From Myxococcota bacterium (GTDB lineage Bacteria; Myxococcota_A; UBA796; GCA-2862545): a DNA stretch of 64,000 bases. The stretch lies in NCBI GenBank assembly GCA_039208735.1, contig JBCCQY010000010.1, positions 1 through 64,000 of the forward strand. Direction: 5' to 3'. This document shows positions 47,615-59,000 of this stretch, piece by piece. The notes below the pieces were generated by a model. The model had not been told where the DNA came from. It did not search any database and was given only the letters and a program-made list of their open reading frames with translations. Position 1 is the first letter of the stretch. Each line of letters opens with the position of its first letter. The position numbers were made by a program, and so were the translations under genes.

Positions 47615-48957
47615 GCGTCGACCGTCGAACCGTGTTGCGCGGCTTGGGGAGCGTGGCCATCGGCCTGCCCTTCATCGAAGGCCTCACGTCAGGCCGCGCC
47701 CGTGCCGCTACGGGTGAGCCGCCAGTGCGCTGCATCACCCTGTTCTTTGGCCTAGGAATCCCCAAGGACATGCAGGCCGAAGGTTGGGACGGCCCGCTTG
47801 GCCCGCTGCGTCGCCATCGGTCGAAGCTGCGCATGTTCCGCAATGTCCAGGTGCCCGAAGCGGGCGGAGGCGGACACCCCAAGGGCGGCACCTGCGTGTT
47901 TGTCGGCGAAGGAGGCCCCAACGGGGAACGGTCGGCCGGCGCAAGCATCGAGCAGATCGTCAAGAAGGCCGTGTACCCAGACGGCGTGCCGGTCGCTCAT
48001 GGCACCTTGGCCGTTGGCCAGTTCTTCCGTCGCTCCCACGGCACGTATCAGCGGATTCGCTGCTGGAACGACGATGGCAGTCGAGTGGTGGAGCCCATCG
48101 AAGCTCCGTCAGACCTCTTCGAGCGACTGTTCGGAAAGGAGACCGCTTCGGACGATCCAGCGGCCCAGCGTACCCTTCGCCTACGGCGGAGCGTGCTCGA
48201 CTCGGTACTCGACGACTACCGCCACTACACCCAAGACCGCGCCGGACTGTCGGGCACCTCTCGAGCCCGGCTTCAGGATCACCTCGATCGGTTGCGCGAA
48301 CTCGAACGACGGGTGTTTGGCGTGGAGGGCCCTGAATGCGAGCGGCCCCCCTTGCGCACCGACCCCGACCTCCCCTACGGCCTCGCGGGGGCGACCGAAT
48401 ACAACGCGGTGCTCGTCGATGCCCAAGCCTTTTCCGACGCCTACCAGTTGAACGCGTCGTTGTTCGCACTGGCCTTGCAGTGCGACCTCATGCGCTTTGG
48501 CAACCTCATGTTCGAATCGTCAGGGGGACATACGGCGTTCGACGGCGAGTACGTCCACGACGAAGGGACCTACACCTTCCGGTCCGAAGCGTCCGACCAC
48601 AACAACTGGCACGAATCCCGTTGGGAAGACGTGCGATGGCATGCCCATTGGTTCCAGCACAACATCGCGATGGCGCTAGACCGCCTCGATGACCCTGCAT
48701 TCCCCGATGCCAATGGGGGCACCGTCCTTGACAACGCGCTCGTCGTTCTGGGCACCGAGACCGGGACCAACCACGACATGGACGGTGTCTTCCACGCAGT
48801 CGGCGGTGGGAATGGGCGGTTCGCCTTGGGCGAATTCGACGATGACGAAGTCCGAGGCGTCGAAATCTACAACACGTGCCTACAAGCCTACGGAATCGAC
48901 ACGTTCATGGGCAGTGCAGACCACTACCGCAATCCAGTGAGCAATCTGTTGACATAG
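47611..48957 (+). CDS. DUF1552-family protein with Tat signal
   Basis: DRRTVLRGLG..IGLPFIE Tat signal, SIEQI, FERLFG, RSVLDSV, LDRLRELE, LALQCDL, GTVLDN; GTGA overlap with the upstream gene. Confidence 0.88.
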   Translation: MSVDRRTVLRGLGSVAIGLPFIEGLTSGRARAATGEPPVRCITLFFGLGIPKDMQAEGWDGPLGPLRRHRSKLRMFRNVQVPEAGGGGHPKGGTCVFVGEGGPNGERSAGASIEQIVKKAVYPDGVPVAHGTLAVGQFFRRSHGTYQRIRCWNDDGSRVVEPIEAPSDLFERLFGKETASDDPAAQRTLRLRRSVLDSVLDDYRHYTQDRAGLSGTSRARLQDHLDRLRELERRVFGVEGPECERPPLRTDPDLPYGLAGATEYNAVLVDAQAFSDAYQLNASLFALALQCDLMRFGNLMFESSGGHTAFDGEYVHDEGTYTFRSEASDHNNWHESRWEDVRWHAHWFQHNIAMALDRLDDPAFPDANGGTVLDNALVVLGTETGTNHDMDGVFHAVGGGNGRFALGEFDDDEVRGVEIYNTCLQAYGIDTFMGSADHYRNPVSNLLT

Positions 48958-49014
48958 GACCCGGGGAAGGCCAGGGGCGGTGTCTAAATCGTCCTAGCCG
49001 ACCTCGGAGGCCAC

Positions 49015-49815
49015 ATGGTCCCCCTTGCCCTATGTTCGCTGTCCGCTTGGGCCGAGCCCGAACCACAACCCGCGAGTGAACCTGAGTCCGCGAGTGAGTC
49101 CCCCCGCACCATCGAACTCGACATCCCCGAGGACGTCGGGGGGAGCGCGCTCGAGGGGCTTGACGAAGATGCACGCGACGAAGCGAGCGGGGGCTTTCCC
49201 TTGCCCCTCCAGCTTCCTCAAGTGCCCATTCGAGGGCGATTCACCGCACGCCCTATGATTCAGGCGGCGCTGCTCACAGGCCGCGAGGACCGCACCTTCT
49301 GGGGCAGCCGCGTCGGCGTTGCGGTGAGCCATCGGTATTGGCGCCTGTCTGATGCAACCGTGCAATGGGGCGGTCACACCGAGCTGCAGGCGCTGTTTCC
49401 GATTGGGGGCTTTGATGGTCGAAGGGTCCAGCTTTCCTCGACCTTCGGCCCTTGGATAGGCCCTGTGGGACTTGCGTTAGGCGCCGTCGTACGCTCGGAC
49501 CGGGTGCAGTGGCGCAACGCCGATGCCCTCCTGCCCGACACCCTGGCCCTCGGGGGCCGCGCCGACCTCTCGGTGCAGCTCGGTGAATGGAGAGCGACGG
49601 CCGGCTTCGAAAGCGCCTGGCTCGTCGCGGGAAACCGGCCTCCCGCGGATCCCGACCGCGCCACATTGCCCGTGGTGGGTGACGAAACCGCTTATCGACT
49701 CGGCGTCGGTCGCCAGGGCAATCGGATTTTCGTTGGACTTCGGGGTCTGTGGCGGGAGACCGCGATCGGCGCCGAGGTCGATGTCGGCCTTCAATTCGGC
49801 CTGAGGTCGCTGTGA
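49015..49815 (+). CDS. Hypothetical exported protein, possible outer-membrane beta-barrel
   Basis: GGAGG SD, signal peptide, acidic linker, alternating beta-strand pattern to the C-terminus. Confidence 0.7.
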   Translation: MVPLALCSLSAWAEPEPQPASEPESASESPRTIELDIPEDVGGSALEGLDEDARDEASGGFPLPLQLPQVPIRGRFTARPMIQAALLTGREDRTFWGSRVGVAVSHRYWRLSDATVQWGGHTELQALFPIGGFDGRRVQLSSTFGPWIGPVGLALGAVVRSDRVQWRNADALLPDTLALGGRADLSVQLGEWRATAGFESAWLVAGNRPPADPDRATLPVVGDETAYRLGVGRQGNRIFVGLRGLWRETAIGAEVDVGLQFGLRSL

Positions 49816-50723
49816 TGATGGGAGGTGTGATGGTCGTTGCATGGTGGGTGGGCACGGCCCTCGCGGCTGCCCCCGAGGGCGTAGACATCGAAGCGGTGGA
49901 GGTCTGGCAGGGCCGCGCGGCCGACCTGCGTAAGGGCCCCAAGGCCTGTTGGCGCCTCTCTGGCAAAGCCGAGACGCATGTGGCCGTGTTCCGGCCGCCG
50001 ACCGTGTTCGGGCGAGCCAGTCAGACGGACTACGTCTTTGAGGGGACCTTTTCAGGCACCTTCGAAGACGGAAACTGGACCGCGTTCACCGCCGACATGA
50101 AGCCCACGTCGAAGGCCGCTCAGAACTCAGAGGAAGAGGACGTGGGGATCGACTGGGACGTGCCGGTTCGACCCCTTGTAGGCCGGGCACCGGAGGATGC
50201 ATCCTCGCAACGGCGCCGGGGCGACGACACGAGCCAGGATGATGAAGCGGCAAGTGCGTCAGGCACGCGCGAGGCCATCACCATGCTCGACACCATTCTC
50301 GATGCCGTCGACGCGGACGTCACGACCACCTATGCCCAATGGTCGGACGAACCTCCAGGGGTCGAATTGTTCGAGGAGTACCCCATCAAGGATGGCTCAG
50401 GACGCAAAACCGTCGACTTGCGGACGTTCTTTCCCAACGGCGACGCGGTGCCTGCCTCGCTCGATGTGACCTTCCCCAAGCGGCATCGGATCAAGGCCTC
50501 ACCCGTCCGCATCACGCTGTTGCGTCCCCAATTGCACATCCGGACCCAGAACATCGACGGTGAAGCCGTCCCGATCTACGAATCGGTGTCGTTGGCGGGC
50601 GGAGCGCTTGGCTTTACCGTCGGTTTCGAACAGGTCTTGCAGTACGAACGCGCCACCGCCTGCGAAGCCCCGGCTCCCGAGGTCGAAAGCGAGTCCGACA
50701 CGCCGTCGCAACCTGAGCCCTGA
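49815..50723 (+). CDS. Hypothetical exported protein
   Basis: Start overlaps the upstream stop; signal peptide ([11 protein letters not shown]). Exact start lies between 49812 and 49830. Confidence 0.7.
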   Translation: MMGGVMVVAWWVGTALAAAPEGVDIEAVEVWQGRAADLRKGPKACWRLSGKAETHVAVFRPPTVFGRASQTDYVFEGTFSGTFEDGNWTAFTADMKPTSKAAQNSEEEDVGIDWDVPVRPLVGRAPEDASSQRRRGDDTSQDDEAASASGTREAITMLDTILDAVDADVTTTYAQWSDEPPGVELFEEYPIKDGSGRKTVDLRTFFPNGDAVPASLDVTFPKRHRIKASPVRITLLRPQLHIRTQNIDGEAVPIYESVSLAGGALGFTVGFEQVLQYERATACEAPAPEVESESDTPSQPEP

Positions 50724-50769
50724 CGTGCGCGCGAGGCGGGTTACGGCGTTCCTTCCCCCGGAGGACGCC

Positions 50770-52017
50770 ATGGAGCCGCTTGCCTCTCATGATCCAGAGG
50801 TTTTTTCGGCGATCGAGAAGGAGTTCGCTCGCCAGCAGGACGAACTCGAACTCATCGCTTCGGAGAACTACGCCTCCCTCGCCGTCATGCAGGCCATGGG
50901 CACCGTACTCACCAACAAGTACGCCGAAGGGCTTCCTGGAAAGCGGTACTATGGCGGTTGCGAGTACGTCGATATCGTCGAAAACGTGGCACGCAGCCGG
51001 GCCAAGCAGCTGTTTGGGTCGGTGGGCGCGAACGTCCAGCCCCACTCGGGAGCCCAGGCCAACGCAGCGGTCTACCTGGCGGCCCTCGAACCTGGCGACA
51101 CCATCTTGGGCCTCAACCTGACCCACGGCGGGCACCTCACGCATGGGTCTCCCGTCAACAGTTCGGGCCTCATCTACAAGGGCGTGCACTACGGCGTCGA
51201 CGAGGCCACGGGACGCCTCGACCTCGACCAGGTGCGAGATCTCGCCAAACAGCACCAGCCGCGCATCCTGATGACGGGCGCGTCGGCCTACCCTCGGTTC
51301 ATTGACTTCGAAGCCTTCCGGTCCATCGCCGATGAGGTCGGTGCACTGCTCGTGGCCGATATCGCCCATATTGCGGGCATCGTGGCCGCAAAGCTGCACC
51401 CTGACCCCGTGCCTTACTGCGACTTCGTCACGACGACGACGCACAAGACCCTTCGAGGACCTCGGGGTGGGCTCATTCTCTCCAACCGGGAATGGGCTCC
51501 CAAGATGAACAAGGCCGTGTTCCCCGGCACCCAGGGCGGACCGCTCATGCATGTGATCGCCGCCAAGGCGGTGGCTTTCGGTGAAGCCCTCAAGCCGGAA
51601 TTCAACGACTACATCCAGCAGGTGCTCGACAATGCAAAAGCCATGGCCGAAACGCTGCTGGCGCGAGGCCTGAACCTGGTCACCGGGGGCACCGACAACC
51701 ACCTCATCCTCATCGACCTCGGCGAGACGTGCAGCGGCAAAGACGCCGAAGAGGCGTTGGGGCGTGCAGCCATCACGGTCAATAAGAACACCGTCCCCGG
51801 TGAGAAGCGCAGCCCCTTCGTGACGAGTGGGGTTCGCATTGGCGTCCCTGCCATCACGACCCGGGGCATGGGAACGGCCGAGATGACCCAAGTGGCGGAG
51901 TGGATTGCGGACGTCGTGCAGAACACGGAAGACACCGAAGGGCAGGCCCGCATTCGCGGTCAGGTCAACGAACTGTGTGGGCGCTTCCCCGTCTACCCGA
52001 CAGACCTGCTCGCCTGA
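50770..52017 (+). CDS. glyA: Serine hydroxymethyltransferase
   Basis: [58 protein letters not shown]. Confidence 0.98.
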   Translation: MEPLASHDPEVFSAIEKEFARQQDELELIASENYASLAVMQAMGTVLTNKYAEGLPGKRYYGGCEYVDIVENVARSRAKQLFGSVGANVQPHSGAQANAAVYLAALEPGDTILGLNLTHGGHLTHGSPVNSSGLIYKGVHYGVDEATGRLDLDQVRDLAKQHQPRILMTGASAYPRFIDFEAFRSIADEVGALLVADIAHIAGIVAAKLHPDPVPYCDFVTTTTHKTLRGPRGGLILSNREWAPKMNKAVFPGTQGGPLMHVIAAKAVAFGEALKPEFNDYIQQVLDNAKAMAETLLARGLNLVTGGTDNHLILIDLGETCSGKDAEEALGRAAITVNKNTVPGEKRSPFVTSGVRIGVPAITTRGMGTAEMTQVAEWIADVVQNTEDTEGQARIRGQVNELCGRFPVYPTDLLA

Positions 52018-52469
52018 TGCGCTGTCCGGCCTGCCAACACGACGAAAGTCGCGTGATCGACTCCCGAACCATCCGTGATGCGATTCGGCGCCGGCGCAGC
52101 TGCCAAGCGTGTGGCCATCGGTTCTCGACCCTCGAACGGGTGGAACTGAAGCTCCCCTGGATCGTGAAAAAGCAGGGGGGACGAGAGCCCTTCCAGCGTG
52201 ACAAGGTGCTTCACGGCATCGCTTTGGCGTGTCGCAAGCGGCCCGTCGATGCCGAACAGCTCGATGAGGCGGTCCGACAGGTCGAACAGCGCTTGATTGG
52301 ACTGCGCAAGAACGAGGTGAGCGCCGAAGCGGTCGGACGCATTGTGATGGACGTGCTGCGCGAGGTCGACGAGGTGGCCTACGTCCGGTTTGCCAGCGTC
52401 TACCAAGAGTTCGAAAGCGTCGAGAAGTTCGCGGAGATCGTGCTGCCGTTCGAGAAAACCTCGTCATGA
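52017..52469 (+). CDS. nrdR: Transcriptional repressor NrdR
   Basis: MRCPAC...VIDSR...IRRRRSCQACGHRFST.E zinc ribbon plus ATP cone (DEVAYVRFASVY). Confidence 0.97.
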   Translation: MRCPACQHDESRVIDSRTIRDAIRRRRSCQACGHRFSTLERVELKLPWIVKKQGGREPFQRDKVLHGIALACRKRPVDAEQLDEAVRQVEQRLIGLRKNEVSAEAVGRIVMDVLREVDEVAYVRFASVYQEFESVEKFAEIVLPFEKTSS

Positions 52470-53602
52470 CCGATGACCAGCGCTTCATGCGGCGAGCGCT
52501 GGAACTCGCCTCCATTGCCACGGGCACCACGGCTCCCAATCCCCCGGTCGGCGCGGTCATCGTCCGCGACGGACAGATCATCGGCGAGGGCTACACCCAA
52601 CCGATCGGGGGCCCTCACGCCGAGGTACGAGCCCTCGCCAATGTTTTGGATCGAGGAGACGATCCGGCAGGCGCCACGATGTATGTGACGCTCGAGCCCT
52701 GTTGCCATTTCGGGCGCACCCCACCCTGTTCGCAAGCGCTCATCCGCGCGGGCATCGGCCGCGTTGTGATAGGCGTGCTCGACCCGTACGAGAAAGTGCA
52801 GGGCCGATCCGTCGAAGAACTCCGCACGGCCGGGATCGATGTCGATCTGGGGGTCGGTGCAGAGCCCAGTGCGCGGACCATTCTTGGCTTTGCTCGCGCC
52901 CATCGGCTTGGGCTGCCTGAAGTCACTGCCAAGGCTGCGATTTCGCTGGATGGTCACATTGCAACCGCCGCTGGCGAGAGCCAATGGATCACCGGAGAGG
53001 CTGCCCGGGCCGATGGACATGAACTCCGGGCTCGCCACGACGCCCTGCTCGTGGGCATCGGCACCGTCCTCGCGGATGACCCCCGCCTCACCCTGCGGCT
53101 ACCCGACGGTGAGAACTTGGTGCCACCCACGCCAGTGGTCCTCGATACCGAACTCCGGATTCCCGCAGACGCCCGGCTGCTTCGCAACGAAGAGGCCATC
53201 GTCATCTGTGCCGAGGACGCCCCGCAGCGCGACCTGCCCGGCCGCATCGTGCGAGTGCAGCGTGGAGACTCTGGGCACGTCGACGTCGTGGCTGCGCTCA
53301 AGGCGCTCGTCCGACAGGGCCGTCACCGCATCCTCGTGGAAGGGGGCGGCATTATCCATCGGGCGTTCTTCGATGCAGGCGTGGTCGACACGTTGCAGAT
53401 CTATGTGGCGGGACGGTTGGTGGTCGGGGGGAGACCTTGGATGGCGGGGCCCCCGCTTGAGGGGCTGGTGAACGCGCCACGGCTGCGCCTGCGAGACGTC
53501 CAACGCCTAGGTCCCGACCTTCGCCTCACCTACGCGGTGCCCAACCGCCACGATCCCGACGGCATCACACGACTCGTCAGTCAGGTGCCGGGGCCGCGTT
53601 AA
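52466..53602 (+). CDS. ribD: Riboflavin biosynthesis deaminase/reductase RibD
   Basis: PNPPVGAV, HAE, VTLEPCCHFGRTPPC, SLDG, SQWITG, TVLADDP, VEGGG; glyA-nrdR-ribD synteny. Confidence 0.97.
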   Translation: MTDDQRFMRRALELASIATGTTAPNPPVGAVIVRDGQIIGEGYTQPIGGPHAEVRALANVLDRGDDPAGATMYVTLEPCCHFGRTPPCSQALIRAGIGRVVIGVLDPYEKVQGRSVEELRTAGIDVDLGVGAEPSARTILGFARAHRLGLPEVTAKAAISLDGHIATAAGESQWITGEAARADGHELRARHDALLVGIGTVLADDPRLTLRLPDGENLVPPTPVVLDTELRIPADARLLRNEEAIVICAEDAPQRDLPGRIVRVQRGDSGHVDVVAALKALVRQGRHRILVEGGGIIHRAFFDAGVVDTLQIYVAGRLVVGGRPWMAGPPLEGLVNAPRLRLRDVQRLGPDLRLTYAVPNRHDPDGITRLVSQVPGPR

Positions 53603-53612
53603 CCAAAGCCCC

Positions 53613-55364
53613 ATGGATTCGTTGTTTGCGGAACTTCGGGCAAACCCCGCAGATGGTGCGCTTCGGGAAGTCGTTCTCGACCATTGGCTCGAACATGGAG
53701 ATCCCCGCAGCGCTTGGGGTTCGGCGCTGCGACGTCGGGATGAAGCCACCGCCACCCTCGAACGGCAACGACTCGTCCAGGGACCGTGGCCCGCTCCGCC
53801 CCGTCGAATTCGCGCAGAGGCAGGGTTCGTCTTGGAGGTCGAAGTCCACCTCGAGGACTTCGTAAACGCCACCCCTCGGGCGCCAAGTTTCGACGCGCAT
53901 CCTTTGGCCATCGTGACCCTGCGCATCCCTAGCCAGCGTGAGGTCCGCGAAGGTTCCGCGCTCACCCCTGACAAGCTCGATGACGCGTGGACCCGCTTCG
54001 TCCTCGCCTGTGGCTCCGTTTACGGCCTTCGCCTTCTCGACGTGGGCGAATGGTCGTTGCCCCTTGCCGTTGAAGCCATCCAGCGATCGAAGCCTGCGGT
54101 AGCCCAGATCGCGTTTGTCGAACCGATCCCTGCGCCACCAACCTCCTGGCCCTGGGTACGGGACATCGGCCTCGAAGGAATCACCGCCGACCATGTCGCA
54201 GACTGGCTACAAGCCGTACCCAACGCCGGCCGAATCGCCTTGCGGAGCCCACCTCGCGGGCATGGCCAAGAGCCAGATGAAACCTTGGTTAGGGCCTGGC
54301 TCGACCTTGACCGCAGTTGGCGGGAAGCCGACCTCCGGGGATGCGATATTGCGGCCCGCGATCTGGCCCGCATCGACAACCGAGCCGCGTGGATTCGCCA
54401 TCCGCATCGCCATCTGCACGCGGCCCACCCACTCGACGACCCCTTTGGAGACCGGGGCCATCGCATCCTAAGCCACACCGGCCAACGTCGCGGCGCGGTG
54501 ACCTGGAGCGAAGAGGTCGACAATCGCTGGGCCCTAAGCGAAGGCACGATTTGCAGGTGGAATCTCGATGATGCGCCGGAAGACCGATTCACCCACGAAC
54601 ACCCCATCACCGCGTTGTTGGGCTTACCCCAGAACCTGGTGGTGGGAGACGAAAAGGGGCACCTGCTCTTGCGTTCGTTCGGCTCCCATGCGGCCGCTCG
54701 GGGGATGGGGTCTTTCGCCAAAGTGGACGGGCCCGTTCTTCAGCTCGCCTGCCCCTTACGGGCAAAACCGAGCATCGTGTTCCGTACGCCAACCCAATAC
54801 GGAGAAGTCGACCTTCAGGGACGATTCATCGCATTGCACGAAGAATCGGTTGATGGAATCGCAGCTTTGGCGGATCGCGTGCTCGTCGCCCGAGGGTCCG
54901 TGCTCTCGGGCTTCAAAAACGGCCGTGAGATCGACTTTGGGGACTCCATCACAGGGCTTGCGGGCTGTCCTCGAGGCACTGCCGCCGTGATTGCGGGAAC
55001 GTGGGTTTACTGGCTCAACGCCACGCAGGTGTCGTGGGTGGGACGTGCGGAGCCGGGCATGAGCCGGATTTCGATTTGGGACGACGCCATCGCCTGGGTG
55101 GAACGCCCACAGGGAGTGCGGCTGGTCGATCTCCCCTTCGAACGCCACCACCTCACCTACCCCAATCGCTACCAGAACGGCGACGAGTCGCTCGAGGTAG
55201 CCGACGTGTCGCTACACCCGGATGGAACGCTGCTCGTCGTCCTCGAAAGGGGAGGGGCCAACCTGCGGGTCGGCCGCGACCTTCTCAAACTCGACGAACA
55301 TCCCGGTGAGCCCTACCGGCGCTGGATCTTCGTGCACGACGGCGACATTCTCATCGCCAGTTGA
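53613..55364 (+). CDS. TIGR02996-like N-terminal domain protein with beta-propeller-like C-terminus
   Basis: N-terminal LRANPADGALREVVLDHWLEHGDPR resembles the TIGR02996 motif; repeated ITAL/IAAL/ITGL blade starts in the C-terminal half. Confidence 0.7.
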   Translation: MDSLFAELRANPADGALREVVLDHWLEHGDPRSAWGSALRRRDEATATLERQRLVQGPWPAPPRRIRAEAGFVLEVEVHLEDFVNATPRAPSFDAHPLAIVTLRIPSQREVREGSALTPDKLDDAWTRFVLACGSVYGLRLLDVGEWSLPLAVEAIQRSKPAVAQIAFVEPIPAPPTSWPWVRDIGLEGITADHVADWLQAVPNAGRIALRSPPRGHGQEPDETLVRAWLDLDRSWREADLRGCDIAARDLARIDNRAAWIRHPHRHLHAAHPLDDPFGDRGHRILSHTGQRRGAVTWSEEVDNRWALSEGTICRWNLDDAPEDRFTHEHPITALLGLPQNLVVGDEKGHLLLRSFGSHAAARGMGSFAKVDGPVLQLACPLRAKPSIVFRTPTQYGEVDLQGRFIALHEESVDGIAALADRVLVARGSVLSGFKNGREIDFGDSITGLAGCPRGTAAVIAGTWVYWLNATQVSWVGRAEPGMSRISIWDDAIAWVERPQGVRLVDLPFERHHLTYPNRYQNGDESLEVADVSLHPDGTLLVVLERGGANLRVGRDLLKLDEHPGEPYRRWIFVHDGDILIAS

Positions 55365-55366
55365 CC

Positions 55367-55918
55367 TTACGCGAGCAGGTGGCTGCCGAACGAAAGCAGG
55401 CATGCCACACCGCTCACCAACAGCAAGCCCGCGAGCGCGGAAACCCAGATGAGAACAGGGGCAAGCAACACCGCGGCCGTGGCGGCAAACCCCTGTTCGG
55501 TCATTTGCAAGGTGGCTCGAACAAACCACAGGTTGTGGACCCAGGCCACCGTCGCCCCCAGGGTCGGGAGGCCGACGGCAGCCAGATTGAGGGGGGAACC
55601 TCCGCCACCTCTTTCCATCCACCAGCTGGCGTAGTCCACCGCCACCAGACCCCCTCCGGCCAGGGCAGCGACCGCAGGTACGATGGTGGTCACCCAGGCG
55701 ACCTCGCGGCCCGGACGAGCATGCGCCAACACGTGCTCGGTCAATCGCCCAAGCCCCGCGCCAATGAGTGCCGTCAGCGCCAGCAACACGGTCACCTGAA
55801 AGACGCGTTCCACCGCGATGGGAAGCAACAATCCCGCAACCGACAACACGGCAAACCCAGCATAGTGAAGCGGCCAGTCGATTTCGTGCAGGGGTGGATG
55901 CCCGTGCTTCGCCTTCAT
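55367..55918 (-). CDS. Hypothetical integral membrane protein
   Basis: About 5-6 hydrophobic helices; ATG 55918 is preceded by TATGGT 6 nt upstream. Confidence 0.65.
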   Translation of the reverse strand: MKAKHGHPPLHEIDWPLHYAGFAVLSVAGLLLPIAVERVFQVTVLLALTALIGAGLGRLTEHVLAHARPGREVAWVTTIVPAVAALAGGGLVAVDYASWWMERGGGGSPLNLAAVGLPTLGATVAWVHNLWFVRATLQMTEQGFAATAAVLLAPVLIWVSALAGLLLVSGVACLLSFGSHLLA

Positions 55919-56063
55919 GGCACTACCATAGGCCAAGCGTAGACGGATTCGCGACTCGGTTTGCGCCTGATGCCGAAAGGCCCAACCTATCACGATCACC
56001 CCATGAAAGCGTGGGGTATGCTGCGCGAGCGCGGCCAGGATTGGCTGACAGTACGGGAGACGA

Positions 56064-59000
56064 ATGACGCCCCGACGCTTAGCGATCGGCATCGATGTGG
56101 GTTCCACCACCGTCAAAGCGGTGGTCTGTGACCGCGACACCCTCGAAATCGTCTGGCAGGACTACAAGCGGCACGAGACGCGGCAGCCCGAGATGGTTCA
56201 GGAGTTCCTGGTGCGCATCGGCGATGCGTTTCCCCACGCCGAAGACCTTCGGGTGTTCTGCACCGGGTCCGGTTCGGGGCCACTCGCCAAGCCCATCGGC
56301 GCCAAGTTCGTGCAGGAAGTCAACGCCGTCACACTTGCCGTGGAACGGCTGCACCCCAACGTGGGCAGCGTCGTCGAACTGGGTGGGCAGGATGCCAAGA
56401 TCATCATGTTCCGCGAGCAGCAGGGCCCAGATGGCAAGGTCGAGAAGACCGCGATCACCTCGATGAACGACAAGTGTGCGTCGGGGACCGGAGCCACCAT
56501 CGACAAATGCATGCTCAAGGTGGGCATGGAGCCGTCGGTGATTGGCAATCTGCGTTTCGACCCCACGCGGCTGCACCACGTTGCCGCGAAGTGTGGTGTG
56601 TTCGCCGAAACCGATATCGTAAACCTCGTCAAATCGGGCATTCCGAGTGACGAAATCATGAACAGTCTGGCCGACGCCATCGTGCACCAGAACCTGTCGG
56701 TGCTCACGCGCGGCAACACCCTGCGCGACGAGGTGCTGCTGCTCGGGGGACCCAACAAGTATCTGCCCTTCCTCGTCACCTGCTGGCGCATGCGCATTCG
56801 CGAAAGCTGGGAGTCCCGCGGCTACGACTATCCGAAGGACCGCCCCATCGAGGAGCTGGTCTATACCCCTGACAACGCCGAGTATTATGCGGCGTTTGGC
56901 GCGGTGCTCTACGGGATTACTGACGCAGCGGCCAAACTCGAAGGCCAGTACCTCGGCCTCAACGGGCTTCGCGACTACATCGCGAACGGTCGTTCGGCAC
57001 GCCTTGGCGATTCTGCGGCCGGACCGTTGGTCGAAACCCAGGACGAACTCGACGCGTTCACCGCCGAATACACCATTCCGAAGTTCGAGGCTCGGGAGTT
57101 CAAGAAAGGCGAGGTCGTCCGTGGCGTCATCGGGCTCGACGGTGGCTCGACCTCATCGAAGGCGGTGCTCGTCGACTACGAGGATGGGGAGGTCGTCTAC
57201 AAGGCGTACACCCTGTCGAAGGGCAATCCCATCCAGGACACCAAGGACATCCTGGCCGAAATCAAGGGATACGTCGAGTCTTTTGGGGCTTCGCTTGAGT
57301 GTATGGGCTTCGGGGCAACCGGCTATGCGGCCGACGTGCTCGAGGAGTCCGTTCGTGCCGACGTCAACATCGTCGAGACCGTCGCCCATATGCAGAGCGC
57401 GGTTCGCTACGTACCTGACGCCGACGTGGTCTGTGACATCGGCGGACAGGACATCAAGGTCTTGTTCCTCCGCGAAAACGAGAGCGGGGGCCGTGATGTC
57501 AAAGACTTCCGCCTGTCGAACCAGTGTTCTGCAGGCAACGGAATGCTCCTGCAGGCGATGGCCGACCAGTTCGGCGTGCCCCTCCAGGAGTACGCTTCCA
57601 CCGCGTTCTCAGCCGGCTTGGCGCCCAAGTTCTCCTACGGCTGCGCGGTGTTCCTCGACGCCGACCGCGTGAACTTCCAAAAGGAAGGCTTCCAGAAGGC
57701 CGAGATGCTCGCGGGGCTCGCCCAGGTGCTGCCCAAGAACGTGTGGCAATACGTCGTTCAGGTGCCCCGGCTCGCCGAGTTCGGTCGGGTCTACGTCCTT
57801 CAGGGAGGCACCCAGCGCAACCTGGCCGCGGTCAAGGCCCAGGTCGACTACATCAAGGACCGCGTGCCCAACGCCAAGGTCGTGGTCCATCCGCACTGCG
57901 GGGAAGCGGGGGCCATCGGCGCGGCCATGGAAACGCTTCGTGTCGTCAAGAAGCGCGGGGAAAGCACCTTCATCGGCATCGATCAGGCCATCGACCTCGC
58001 GTACTCCACCAAGAACGACGAGTCGACGGTTTGCCATTTCTGCCCCAACCTCTGCAGCCGCACCTTCATCGACACGGAAACGCCGGACGGGCGTACATCG
58101 CGCTACATCTCGGGCTTTTCCTGTGAAAAGGGCACGGTCGAGAGCAAGGATGCGCTGAAGGCCCTCCAGAAGGAGCGGAACGCAACGCGCAAGCAGTTCC
58201 CCAACCTCGTCGAGTACGAATCCAAGCTGGCATTCCAGCACTTCCGCGAGCCTGCGCCACTGCCCCACGCCGGTTCGAGCAAAAACGACGTCCACGTGAG
58301 GCGTTTGTCGTTCCGCCGGGTGGTTCGCAAAGCCATCCAGCGCGGCTTCAAGCGGAGCAATGTCGACCTTACGAAGGTAAAAATTGGCATCCCGCGCGTG
58401 CTCAATCTCTACACGGTGGCGCCGTTCGTTCGCACGTACTTCGAGACCCTCGGCATGCCGAAGCAGAACATCGTGTTCTCGACCCCCACCTCCGAAGAGA
58501 TGTGGCAGGAGGGCGGCCGGTACGGCTCGATCGACCCGTGCTACCCGTCAAAGGTCATTCAGGCGCACGTCCATGAGCTGCTGTTCCACGCCCACAAGGA
58601 CGAGCGAAAGCGTCGGGGCCCCCTCGACTACATCTTCTTCCCCTGCATCACCCACATTCCTACATGGATGGACGGCGTGATGGACAGCACCAGCTGCACC
58701 ATCGTGGCCGGAGCTCCGAACGTGACCAAGGCCGCGTTCACCAAGGAAATCGACTTCTTCGCCCGCGAAGGCATCGAATTCCTCGACCCTTCACTCAACT
58801 TCACCGAGCCTAACCTCCTCAAGAAGCAGCTCTTCGACGGGTTCGGGCCTGTGCTCGGCATCACCGAAGACGAAAGCGACTGGGCGGTCGACGAAGCCTT
58901 CAAGGCGATGGACGACTTCGCGGAGCGCATGCAGAAGGCGGGTCGCGAAATCCTCGACCGGGTGAAGCGTGAAAACAGGGTCGCCATCTTGATGATCGGC

